A stretch of 64,000 nt of DNA from Iphione sp. A-MEVVRFRX5. Lineage: Eukaryota. The notes under the pieces are model-generated. The model was not told where the DNA came from. It searched no databases and saw nothing but the letters and a program-made list of their open reading frames with translations. The first letter of the stretch is position 1. Each line of letters starts with the position of its first letter. The translations under genes and the position numbers were made by a program. The DNA lies in the NCBI GenBank assembly GCA_976226885.1, contig OZ320317.1, positions 50,716,001 through 50,780,000 of the forward strand. Reading direction: 5' to 3'. This document shows positions 1 through 11,634 of this stretch, in pieces.

Positions 1-2324
1 CTAACCATTCGAGATCTCCCATCGCAGGCCCTTATCCTGGGTCAGCAGGGTCAAGCCCACCTCCTTCAAAACGGCCCCTACCCTGAATTGCCCCTAGTTC
101 CCTCTTCTCCCCCAATTGAATCCAAAAATCCTAATCAAGATACCGCCCCTCCCCCTCCAGAGTCAATTGCCTCTTCTCCCCCAGCATATCATAAGTTGCT
201 GGCAAGATTGGATGTGAGCGATGTTGTGGAGGAAACCGCATCCGCAGATGCCACGTCCCCTCCTCCTAAGCCAAATCCTGTTGTCAAATTGTTTCACTCT
301 CCATATGCCGGCTCTAGTGAGAGCCTGGCTTCAAATGACTATGTGTAACACCTACCGCGCTTAATTCAACAAAATTGTTTAATGATTATGTATCCAGTTA
401 TCCGAAAATGGATCGTTTTTGTTCAAGTCTAAGAGTGCATCGGAGAGTTACTCCTAACAAAGTGTTCTAATGAAACTCTGTGGCAATATAACCGCCACCA
501 AAATTGTTACCTACCTGTAATCATTGTAAGGTGTGTACATCCCGCAATGCACCCAGGTGGAGGCTTGCCGGCACATGCGACAAAATCTTGGGCAAAACTT
601 AGTTGTCGTCGGCAACCGATACTTGCGTGCTCGTCTTTGGTCTCGAAGTGTGTAATGCCTCATCTCGATGGAAACTATGTAAATGAGTTACCGGAATGTT
701 CAACTCTACTGTGTGTATTCTTCAAAGAGTAATGTAACCGTATTTGGATGACTCCCTTCTCTGACAGTGGCCAATTTGAACATGTCCTTTCGTGTAGTGG
801 CAACACGATTTTTCCAGTGCTTGGGAGGGTGTTAGATCAACGACTCCCTTAAAGATCGACTCCATCGCAAAAACTGGATCGACCATGCCCAAACCCTCCG
901 GGCTGGCTCAGCACACCCAGTGTACCCATCCGGCCTTTCCTTATCTCGGGAACACTAACGTTCCTTTTCAAATGCATAGTCAGCAAGTTTCCAACATTTC
1001 GTGACGTAATTCGAAGCAATCCAGGCAGGAATGAGCAATTCCCCTCTTTCGCAAGAGCAGTTACTAGATCAAAGAGAACTTACACCTTGCCATGACTCAA
1101 TCTGAGAGGGATCCGACAGGTGAGGAATACTTCTCCCCTTTTTATGGCCCTGTTTATAGGTCTCAAGGCATACCTGCCAAATTCCCGCCTGTGTAACTCC
1201 GGTCCGAATTCCTCCCCGAATGAGCTGAGCTCGGACCCCGGCCCCTTCAAAGAGGCTGGGCCCCTTTCTCATTATCCATCTAGTTAGTTTCCCTGCCCAT
1301 AAACCAAGTGTTATGACCATCATGACAGTTTTGGTTCCTCTTTTAGCTTAAGCTGACGTTTATGACTCTCATCAATCTTCGTCAGAAGATTGTGCAATTC
1401 TCAGGGCCCTCATTTGTCTTTTCCTGGAATCCCTTTGATCTTTTGGGACCTGCCGTGCAGTGCTTACTTATGTGAGCCAATGGGAAGAGTCCCCTCTCCC
1501 AATCCTCCAATCGGAATAGTCCCTTTCCAGCCTATGGGAAGTGAGGACTTGGGACAGAGTTTGTATATAAGAAAGAGCTCCACATCCCCTTTAGTTCTTC
1601 TTGAGATTTTGAGTGACCAAGTTACCATCTGAGGTCTAGAGTCCCAGAAGCGGCCGAGACCAGACCAGAATCCTGTTGGAGGAGTCGTCCACCTCGCAAT
1701 CTTCATCAAGCACCCGTTCACTAGGAAGGACTCCACATCCAGAAGGACTCAAATACTCACCGATGCTCGAACCCACAGGCTCTGGTCTGGCTCGCAAGCC
1801 CGCCATTCTCCCCGACATGTAAGCTCAGCTCTGCCACTGATCTGTCATCCATAAGCCGCTGTCAAGGGAGGAGAGTATCATCCCTCTGATGTGCTCGGAA
1901 TAAAGCCCTCTGTAAAACTTATCCTCGGTTTTATAGTTCCTCGTTTCCGTCATCATACCATACCATTCGAAGAAACCGACTAAGTGCCCTCTGAACGCTT
2001 AGAATAAAGCAACACGGGACGTGTAACCTGTGGCAAAGCTTTATTGGTCCTAATCGAAGAAGGGAATCATCGAGTTGAAAGCCCGAGACTGGATTCAGTA
2101 CGGGCGGTAGGCGAAGAAGATCTTCACGACTCGAGGACGCTCCGAGATAAAAGAGGCTTTATTCATACCCATACGGTCCCCGAGGGAAACAAAACCCTCA
2201 CACCTCTCAACGACCATCGAAACGGCCCAGAGACAGAAGAAGAAACATTTAAAACAAGACTCTGGTGCCCACGAAGAAGAGAGGAGACAACATAATAATA
2301 CATACAGCATATTACAATATCAAT

Positions 2325-2462
2325 ATGGGTTGTTTAGGAAACACTTCGATGTCTATTGTGATGTCATTAAAAGCAAATATATATTTGTTTTAGGTTGACT
2401 ATTTTTTGTCCAGACATAGTGGAAAGGACATTTTATTACGGTTTCGACTTGCTGCTGCAAGT
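2325..2462 (-). repeat. Fragment of a Penelope-like terminal repeat, homologous to 8745-8870
   Basis: Seen: atgggttgttt...tgtgatgtca...aaatatatatttgttt...ggttgactatttttt...attacggtttcg is shared with 8745-8871; it ends in a partial hammerhead-like core. Confidence 0.7.
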
Positions 2463-2575
2463 ACGATGCTGCACACACCCACAATTGCAACAGGACAGTG
2501 CCTCCTGCTGAGAATGAACTTCTGCAGAACACGGGAAGCATGCTTCTGAAATGAAAGTCAACATGTAGATACATA

Positions 2576-3622
2576 TTGGAAGTGTTTACATGTATATGCG
2601 TATTTGGCTTCGATATGAACTCGTTGAACTGGTTCAGCAATTATTTAAGAGACAGACTTCAATTTTGTAAGCTTAAAGACAAATGCTCAAAATTGCAGCA
2701 AAATAACTATGGTGTCCCCCAAGGTTCCACATTGGGACCACTTCTGTTCTCCTTATACATCAATGATATCACCTACTCCCTAGATCAGAACATTACATTA
2801 TTTGCTGATGATAGTCTAATCCTAGTTAATGACAAAAATTATGATTCATTATGGAGTAAAACAGAACATGCATGCAACAGCTACCAGCGTTGGTGTACTA
2901 CTAACAAACTTATAATGAACGTTAACAAAACCAAGATTATGTCAATAAAATCAGGTAACAAGAAAGATATTACTCCAGATAGAGATGTCTGTCTATCTGG
3001 GACTAAAATAGAAGTGGTAGATCATTATAAGTACTTGGGGGTATTGTTTGACAATAAATTACTGTTCAACATGGAGCTATCTCAAATTATCAATAAGATG
3101 TCCTCAAGAATTTACATAATGAATAAAGTGAAGAATTTCCTAAATGAAAGAGACATGCTGATGGTATATAAGGCGTTCATATGCCCAATTGTGGACTATC
3201 CAACTATTTTCCTAAATTGCAATAGGCAAGTTGATTTGATGAGACTTCAAAGATTACAAAACAGAGCTTTGACTATTGTGAATTACAAATCAAAAAACAA
3301 AAATTGTTCTACTAGCAAAGATCTGCATCTTAAATTCAATATAATGAGTACATTTAGGAGACGTTTCTATTTTACATTATGTATTGTGAACAATATGGTG
3401 GCAGAAGGTCTACTACCCATGAAGAATAGTCATATGACCAGAAGTACTGAAAACCCATATATCAATGAGTTAATACCTAAGACTGAAAGGATTAAAAGAT
3501 CAATTGTGTATAATAGCATAAATGCATGGAATGAACTAGATGGTCTCTACAGGGAAATCACGAATATACAGGTCTTCAGGGAATGTGCAAGGTTCCTCTT
3601 TTTGAACAAACATGATTTCTGA
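2576..3622 (+). CDS. Non-LTR retrotransposon reverse transcriptase, C-terminal portion (RT homology starts near 2590)
   Basis: 348-aa open frame with PQG and FADD RT motifs and the LINE C-terminal region. Confidence 0.9.
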   Translation: MEVFTCICVFGFDMNSLNWFSNYLRDRLQFCKLKDKCSKLQQNNYGVPQGSTLGPLLFSLYINDITYSLDQNITLFADDSLILVNDKNYDSLWSKTEHACNSYQRWCTTNKLIMNVNKTKIMSIKSGNKKDITPDRDVCLSGTKIEVVDHYKYLGVLFDNKLLFNMELSQIINKMSSRIYIMNKVKNFLNERDMLMVYKAFICPIVDYPTIFLNCNRQVDLMRLQRLQNRALTIVNYKSKNKNCSTSKDLHLKFNIMSTFRRRFYFTLCIVNNMVAEGLLPMKNSHMTRSTENPYINELIPKTERIKRSIVYNSINAWNELDGLYREITNIQVFRECARFLFLNKHDF

Positions 3623-3850
3623 TTGATGTGAATTACAAATTCACATGGTATCCACCTGAATCATATGGATCTGAGTCATAAAAGAGAATTAGCTAAGTGA
3701 GTTACATAGTACATGCAATATCAAAGTTCTCTCAATGTCATATTAAGTAACAACCTGTAATGCCTATGATGCAAACATCTGTACTATTAACAACGCCCTA
3801 TCAGGGCGACAGTCGGATGAATAAAATACTTTCAATTCAATTCAATTCAA
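2590..3850 (+). mobile_element. 5'-truncated CR1/L2-group LINE: RT C-terminal half, 3' UTR and (TTCAA)4 tail
   Basis: RT motifs WFSNYL, GVPQGSTLGPLLFSLYINDI, LFADD, YKYLGV, WNEL; hairpin CGCCCT-atc-AGGGCG at 3794-3808; AATAAA then TTCAA x4 at 3831-3850. Confidence 0.93.
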
Positions 3851-3877
3851 TCTAGATTTACTTCCAAAATATATGTA

Positions 3878-4106
3878 TGTGATTCATTCCACCAAAAAGT
3901 GTCCCAGCTGTAATCTCCGGTACTATTGAAAACTACAGGAAGGAATTATTTTATTATGTTAGAAAAATTAGGATATATTCCTGATACTCCCTAGACCCAG
4001 CCTTAGCAAAAACTACTCAAAATATGAATTTTTACTTTGATTTTTACTAGATAAACATGATCCCGGAGATTAATGCTTGGTACACTTTTTTGGTGGAATG
4101 AATCAT
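3878..4106. mobile_element. MITE of ~230 bp with ~40-bp terminal inverted repeats
   Basis: tgattcattccaccaaaaagtgt...taatctccgg (3880-3920) is the reverse complement, with few mismatches, of ccggagatta...acacttttttggtggaatgaatca (4063-4105). Confidence 0.8.
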
Positions 4107-5499
4107 GTCTAATCTTAAGCATACCAAAGATTAAATACATGATAAGTTATATACATATACATACACATCTAGATTTACTTGCAAAATATATGTACATCTA
4201 ATGTTAAGTTAAAATTAGATAAGTACTTACCTTTAACTTTTCCTTTTGCCATAGCCCAATGCTTTCCCCATAGGAGGTTGAATATTGAGGTGACTGTCTT
4301 TGGTCATATTTATATAACATTCTGTTACCACATGGGTTTACTGCCCGAGCCGCCAGAACAAAGGGATGAGGGTACCATGCCTGCTTGTTGCATGCCTGTT
4401 TCCCAACTCAGTATACACATCTATTATCAGTCTAAACTCACCAATTTTACAGTCTGCTCTTTTCCAACATTAGTACCCTGTTCCTTTTATTCCATGACTG
4501 AAATAACAAATGTAACTTATGTTCTGAAGTTCTGGTAAAATGACTTTATGTTTGTACATTTCTACCTGGGAAAAGGTACAAAGCACACACATGAACAATT
4601 GAGATGTGGTTTGATTAGCTTTTATTTACGACTTTTTGAATGATCAAGATACATGGAAATGAAATGAAAAGACTATTATTCTTTGGCTGGCAGTTAGACA
4701 CTGTTCTAACACTCTAGGACATTGAGTTGCATAGAAACGATTGTTGTTGCTGCAGGGCATTAGAATCTGGACTAACGCCCTGTATATAAATGTAACGATG
4801 ATATGCATTGGCTAAAAAATTATAAAATGGCGGACACCTAATGACTCGCTTCAAATGGAAATATTACGATTAAATTAAAATAACGGTGAATATGGAATGT
4901 GCGTCTTAGCTAAAATAAGTAGAAAGTAACATTAGACATTTTTTATGGAATTATAAATCATGAGGAAAGGGTTTAATGAAGAGATGGACTGCTTTTAAGA
5001 AAAGGCATAAACAAATCCGTTACTAGCAAGCAGGCCAGAAGTGGCATAAAATGCAAGCTTCTGATTAATCAGCGAACCGGATGTTTACAAAAAAGAATGA
5101 AAAAACAGTGTTTCTTTCATTCTCGCGTATTGTATATGGTAGGATGGCATGTAAGCAATGGGAAAAAGGTGATTGTCATATTTGACAATAAGGTATGAGA
5201 AGTAAAAGAAAGATTCAGAGAACCTGCATTGCCAATGGATGCGTATAAGCTATGAGATGCATTTGGTGAGCAAATATATGTGGCGGCACAATATCAAGTA
5301 AAACAATGCTTAGATGGAGAGGCAACCCGTTTCGATCTAGGATTATACAAGGATGCTTTCATAGGAGAAGCAAGTGTGTACATGGTTAATATTTCAAAGA
5401 ATTTTTTCCTACTTAAATAAATTGCAATTAAGATGAGTTGATCAGAATTTCCCACGGGAGTTAAATTACACATGATAAATTTGCGTAAAAAATGTTGTT

Positions 5500-6948
5500 T
5501 ACAGACTCAACAGAGCAAGAGGAGATGCAAGAAGCAGAAGGGAATGTTGAAGAAAAAGAAAACAATGTGAAATCTGTTTTCAACCATCCTAATGTTTGAT
5601 TCTACATACCAAGCAAGGAAGAGAAGAATGAGCTGAAGGATTTTTGGAATGCCGAAATGACGAAAAAACAAACGAAATGGGCCATCAAACAGCTTAAAGG
5701 CGAATATTAATCAAATACAATACTATTAGGGTATGTAGGTGAGAAAAATGGTTCATCAACTTAAATGAAATATAGATTTTAATTCATCCCACCTAGGTAA
5801 AAGTTGAATTCTGTTATTTATTTGAATTGTTTTGTATTTTGACCCCTGTAGACTGGCTAGCAGGAATGGAAGAGAGCACAGATTTTGAGACATTTTCAAC
5901 AAAACACCTCACAGATGTTCTCGAAAAAATCTACACCATGATGACAACTCAAAAAGGCACCATGTACTCCAAGTCGGCAGTGAAGAACCTAAGATTTGGT
6001 TTACAGCGACACCTGAGTAATGCACCATACAATAAGAGCTTCAACATTATCAATGATTATGAATTTCAAAGAGCAAACCAGGCATATATGGGATATGTCT
6101 CTAAAATCCATAAAACAGGTAATGACACTACTACCCATAAGCCTTGCATTGAACCTGATGATATGGAGAAATTACATAAGCGAGTGTTCAAAGATGAACC
6201 AATTGGGCTTCAATATCATGTTATTTTCAATATAATGCTTCATTTTGGGCATCGGGGGAGGGAGGGTTTGTGCGAATTGTGAAAAGATAGCTTCATCATG
6301 AAAACAGATGCAAAAGGTAGAGAATTTGTTGAAATGCAATACAACGAATGTGAAAAAACATGTCAAGGTAACAATTTTGATGAGAAGGAAGTAAACAAAT
6401 GCATGTATGCAACACCGGACGAACCACAAAGATGTCCAGTTGCAATTTTCAAGAGATATTTGTCAAAACTAAACGAAGACAATGTTTACCTATTTCAGTG
6501 CCCTAAAGGTAGTTTTACATGGAGTCAGCAAACATGGTATGATAACATGGTGGTGAGGAAGAATAAATTGTACACGATGATGGCGGATATGTCTGTGGAC
6601 GGACAACTGTCAAAAAAATATACTAATCATAGCATTTGGAGTACAGTGGTGACAAGTCTAGATAGGGCAGGTTACAATCCACACGATCTTCAGCAGGTGA
6701 CTGGCCATAAAAACAGCAGTTCACTTACCCCATACATAGGTTCAGCCACAGCAGAGAAAAAGGCGGAGATGTTGAATGCTTTAGCGAAACTTGGTACCTC
6801 CAAAGAGATGGTTTCAGAAAATTTAAATGTCCACTCAAACTCAATTTCTTGTACACAGGTCCATGCAGAATCTAAGGAGGAACAGGTTGGCAACATCTTC
6901 AAAGGTACCAATATATCAAATTGCGTATTTAATATTCACTTTATCTAG
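5500..6948 (+). pseudogene. Crypton-type tyrosine recombinase (DUF3504 / KCTD1-ZMYM-like), spliced, inactivated
   Basis: Motifs YSKSAVKNLRFGLQRHL, FGHRGREGL, CPVAIFKRYLSKLN, WYDN, YTNHSI(W)ST, VTGHKNSSSLTPY; in-frame TGA at 6280-6282; upstream exon (NAEMTKKQTKWAIKQLK) ends at 5699 and joins 5852 in phase. Confidence 0.85.
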
Positions 6949-8861
6949 AAAACTAGTTAATGAAACTATGCATTTGTCCCGTGGCGCAGTTACTGCCAGT
7001 TCATACTGAGAGTGGGAGACTTGAGAAAAAATGTACGTAAACAGAAATAACAAATTTAGAATTTGAATTAATTTGTTGCTTTCAGTGATTTATATCTGTA
7101 ATTAAATGTGTTCTCTTTTAATACATGTAAATAATAGTATGTAGAGTTATGAAAAATACTGAGCAATAAAAATGCTTGGTTTATATATAAATTCTACAAT
7201 CCAAAATAGCATCTTGTGGAGAGAATTCTGATGGAGGAAGATGATTGGTAAAGTGGTAAATAATTAAAAATGGATAGTATCTAAGTTCCTATCTTAGTTA
7301 GAACCACGTTTAAATATGCATTCTTCAATGTCATTCTGAAAATTTATGCCCTTTCGGCATAACTTTTCATAGCAGAATCCATATGTAAATGCTTAGGTCA
7401 CTCTGACCTCTGTGGCACTTCTCTCCCATCCCTAAAGGGAAAAAACACAATGAAAAGTATATACATGTATGCAATGTATTAGGGAGTATGTCGTATGCTA
7501 TCAGGCTAATGAGTCATGTGCCTAGTGTTTAACACACAAATGGAAATTTGATGTCCTTATCTTAACACCCATCTCTAGCTGTAATATTTACTCACTAAAT
7601 TTTTTCCTCTGTCGCAGTCCAGAAGTTAGGTCCTGTTAGGTCTTCCACTGCACAGAAATATTCCTCTAACGTGAAATCCCCATTTGAACATCTTTACAGC
7701 TCCCAATAAACAGAGTTGCTGACTTCACCTAGGCATTCGCCTTCTCCTTCCAGTTGATTTAAAGACATCCTGGCCATCCATAATCAGGTTTGGGCAATCA
7801 GTCCTAGTCAATGAGGTGCATGTGCCTTTTCTTGGTTTTTGTTCTTGTTCCTCACTTCTTCTAGATTTCTCAATACTCTTGGTCAATATCAACTGAAACC
7901 ATGTCAACCATCTCTCTTGTATACCCCTTTTCCTTGGCATCTAACCAAAACAGCCAGTATGCTGTGACTCTGTTCTTTCAGCCCATGTTAAAAACGAATG
8001 GTTGATTTTTGTATGTGGTGTATAATAAGTATTATGCAGGTATAACTCTTTCCCTGACCACCAGAGGGATCCCCCTAGGCACTACTGCCACCTATTGTTT
8101 TGACCAGAGCAGGTAACCAGGCAACAGGTAAACAGCATTCAAACAGTTCCAGCTGGCCTGACCTTGAGACAGGGAATATGTACACCCCTGCAAAAATTCT
8201 TTTTTTTTCAATATATGTGTCATTACATTACGAGTTAACAATAAAGGGGGTTACAGGGTCTCGACCTTGACCGCTGACACTGCCAAGCTGTACTGGTGTG
8301 GTATGTTCTCTAGAGTTATATGCACAAGAAAAATGATGATGTGGTTGGTATGTCCAGTCAGTTTATATAACCACCACAACACGACATAGGGATTGTTTTA
8401 GACTGACAGGTCATTCTCCAACAATATAAATTTTAGCGTTGAGCTTATCATTTCAAATGTGCCGCACTAGTCATTCACTCATTTGAGATTTTGAGTAGCT
8501 CTTGTGCTCAACTATGGCAACACTACAACCCACAAGCTTTGAGGGCACAGAGCTTCGTCCAGTTGGACAAGTTTGACATTTTGAGTTGCTCTTGTTGTGC
8601 TCAACTAGGGTGACATAGTATTGTTTATTGTTTAGGTAAAACGAGGCAAACGTGTAAGACGTGGTGCAACCGTGTCTTGTATGTCTCAAATGTGTGAGGC
8701 AGTTGGGATAGAACCCAGTTGTCAGGGAGAGGAGAGATGTTGGCATGGGTTGTTTGGGTAACTCTTCCATGTCCATTGTGATGTCAGTGAAAACAAATAT
8801 ATATTTGTTTAAAGGTTGACTATTTTTTTTTTGCCCTGACACAAGGGAAAAGGCATTATAT

Positions 8862-8889
8862 TACGGTTTCGGCCTTGTGGCCTCATCAG
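8862..8889 (-). ncRNA. Hammerhead-ribozyme-like core (minimal type, possibly degenerate)
   Basis: Minus strand reads CUGAUGA-GGCC-ACAA-GGCC-GAAAC-CGUA; helix II is perfect, but helices I and III cannot be closed convincingly. Confidence 0.6.
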
Positions 8890-9247
8890 GCACCATTAAT
8901 AACAGATATTAGTTTTGACAGGTGGGCACGGTGCCAGCCATGGTGGTTGGTCTTGCCAGACTTGGAGGGGGATGTGTGGTGGCTACACGGGCCCCCCTCA
9001 TGCCAATTGATGGTCATTGGGTGTGTCTGGTGGTCTTGGTGACCCATAGATAGGCGCGATGGCCTAATATTCCACGGTGTTGGTGGTGCATCCAGTACAC
9101 CTACACTCATGGTCCACCTGTCACTCACTTAATAGTGAGGCTCCCTGGAGTGCCAGTTAAGTCCAGTCGGGATCGCACACCTGAGGTAAAAGGTTAATTT
9201 TTGGTAACGTGGCAAGGTCAGATGTGGTCCCTGGTCTGGGAGGGCAC

Positions 9248-10101
9248 TCAAAATGCTGCAGAGTCCATGACATTCAGGCCTGTCGGGGACACTGTGTGTA
9301 GCCGGTGGATCCAGTTATATTCAACCAGATCCCTTAGTCGTTTCGCTTTTATACTGTCCGGGGCAGCATGAATGAAGTCCACAATGTGGATTTCCAGGTC
9401 AGAAATCCCATGGTGGTTAGCAGAGTTGAAATGTTCGCCAATGACAGAGTTGGCGTCATTTCTCTTGATGTTTCCAAAATGCCCCTGGAAGCGGTCCATG
9501 AGCCTGTTTTTTGTTTGGCCTACATATTGTAGGCCGCATTTGGTGCATGTAATGCAATAGATGAGGTTCGAGCTTTTGCAGCTGACCCTCATTTTTGAGG
9601 CATAGGAGCGTTTACTATAGTTGCTCCTTATGGCACCAGTTTTGTTGATCCTAGGGCAGTACCTACACGTGCGTGTGCTGCATGTGTTATGGTGGCCCTT
9701 TGTCGCAGCACCTTCTGGTAGGGGTTCTAGTTTTGCCCGTACTAGTAGGTCGCGAAGATTTTTGGGTCTTCTCAGGCCGCATTTGAAGCCGGTTTTATGG
9801 GTATCCCTAGTGGCACAGGATTTACCTAATAGGTCCCAGTTAGTAGCGATGCTCCGTTTTAGGCCATCGTAGGATGGGTGGAACGTGGTCACTACTATGT
9901 TGGCTTCATCTTTAGGTTTACCCTTTGTGTTTCCAGCCAATAGTGTGTTGCGTGATGTCTTGCACACTTCGCTGTATGCCGTCGCGACGAGGTCCGGTGG
10001 GTACCCTTTGCGGACGAACGCTCGGCCGAGTTTTACGGCCGAGTTGTTGAAGTCAGTATCTGTACTGCTTATTCTCCTAATGCGTAGGAATTGGCCAATT
10101 C
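9248..10101 (-). CDS. Penelope-like polyprotein C-terminus: end of RT region, Cys-rich linker and GIY-YIG endonuclease
   Basis: GQFLRIRRI, CSTRTCRYC, SNLIYCITCTKCGLQYVGQT, RFQGH, HFN, E..WIHRL...P.GLN. Confidence 0.93.
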
Positions 10102-10374
10102 CTGGATCCACCGGCTACACACAGTGTCCCCGACAGGCCTGAATGTCATGGACTCTGCAGCATTTTGAGTGCCCTCCCAGACCAGGGACCACATCTGACC
10201 TTGCCACGTTACCAAAAAAATATTGTTTATTGTTTATTTGAGATTTTTCTAGTATATTAAATATTTTTTGCTGTGATTTGTCTTGTACATCGTGTGAATG
10301 CATAGCATTGCATGCAAGAATGAATTATAAACTTTATCTAGACCTTGGCAGGAGTACAACATACACATTAGGAA

Positions 10375-10705
10375 CTTTTGTCACCTTTTGTCCCCATACT
10401 TCACTTAACCATGGCAGAAGTACAAAATTCTAAATTCAAAATTTGGGCCACATGTTCTGGTGAGCAGTGGCATGGAATGAACATGTGGCCTAGCTTCTCT
10501 AAATGTTTTGTATATGCACCACTTGAGAAGCATTCACTAATATGAAGGAATATACTAATATGAAGGAGTATACTTTAGGAACTTTTGTGACCTTTTGGCC
10601 CCATACTTTGCTTGACCGTGGCAGAAGTACAAAATTCTAAATTCAAAATTTGGGCCACATGTTCTGGTGAGGAGTGACGTGGAATGAACATGTGGCCCTA
10701 TACTC
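10375..10705. repeat. Two diverged direct copies of a ~120-bp unit about 205 bp apart
   Basis: ggcagaagtacaaaattctaaattcaaaatttgg...cacatgttctggtgag...ggaatgaacatgtggcc occurs near 10415 and near 10620. Confidence 0.8.
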
Positions 10706-11339
10706 TGCTCGACCGTGGAAGAAATACCAGGACCATTCTTGCTTATGCATTGTTTCATTCATTTGCTATTCTTAGCTATAAAGACTTTGGCTTACTGCAA
10801 AAATGACTTTGTAAGTTTTTATTTATTTATCATGAAAAACTATGTGTATAAATGCACACAGATAATTATTAAAAATCTTAAATCTTCAGTTTTGAATTTG
10901 TACATCTAAATAACAGTTGGTTACATTTAGCGATCAATGTTATACAGCAGTGGGTGACTTTACAGTACCATTACTTAGGAGGGGGGCTTCCTGCCCTTAT
11001 CTGTGCATCGTGAGGCATAGATAGTTACAGTCAGAACAGAGAATTTGAGTTCTGTAAAGTATTTGTAAAACATAAGAATTTACTTTATGAAAAAAGATAT
11101 ATAGATATATGTACATTTGTAATTTACGCAAAAAATGTCATGTGTATATGGATATCAAAAGTGAACAGCTACTAAGAAGGACTCCAGATCAACCGAGGGG
11201 GTGCTTGGTGTTCGAGGTAGGTTGCACTCGACCTGCACATGCCAAAACAAAGCGTCACCACTGGTAAGCCTGGTCAGTAGGGGCTGCTCCTTCATGGTGA
11301 GTGGACATGGGCTACCATTCTCCCCGGCTCAATTTTAGC

Positions 11340-11634
11340 TAACTTCTGGCTTACAAAGAAAATGATACAGAGGATGAGCAGGAAATTGATACTAGACAGA
11401 CTACTAGACAAAGTTTAGTACCAGACAGACCTATTGAAATCCCTAATGTAGCTGAGCCACAGACGAATGCAGATGGGGTAGATGATGGTTCTATGGTAAC
11501 GGTGGTCCCTGAAAGTCCATTGCCAACCCCCGACAGTCCAAAGAGTCCTGTACAAGGGAACTTTGAACAAAGTGAAGAAGCTCAACAGCCATGATGCTCC
11601 ACCAGGCCATCAATGCGCCCAATTAGATTTTAAA
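11340..11634 (+). mobile_element. Decayed Gypsy-like pol C-terminal tail
   Basis: Acidic/Pro-rich stretch ending EEAQQP*CSTRPSMRPIRF*, matching the RRSTR..RPP.RF ending typical of Gypsy pol; weakly gag-like decayed frames follow on the minus strand at ~12000-13000. Confidence 0.45.

Larger units (their letters stand above)
8745..10218 (-). mobile_element. 5'-truncated Penelope-like element with inverted 5' segment
   Basis: GIY-YIG ORF, 117-bp inverted repeat (9198-9314 vs 10102-10218) and a hammerhead-like core in the 3' repeat. The left boundary is approximate and may extend further left. Confidence 0.92.

Noticed and set aside
4179-4538. 119-aa ORF
   Set aside because: TTG start, AT-rich, no motif; likely spurious.
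7344-7366. TTATGCC-ctttc-GGCATAA hairpin as a Helentron end or Crypton terminus
   Set aside because: An isolated hairpin with no matching subterminal repeat found.
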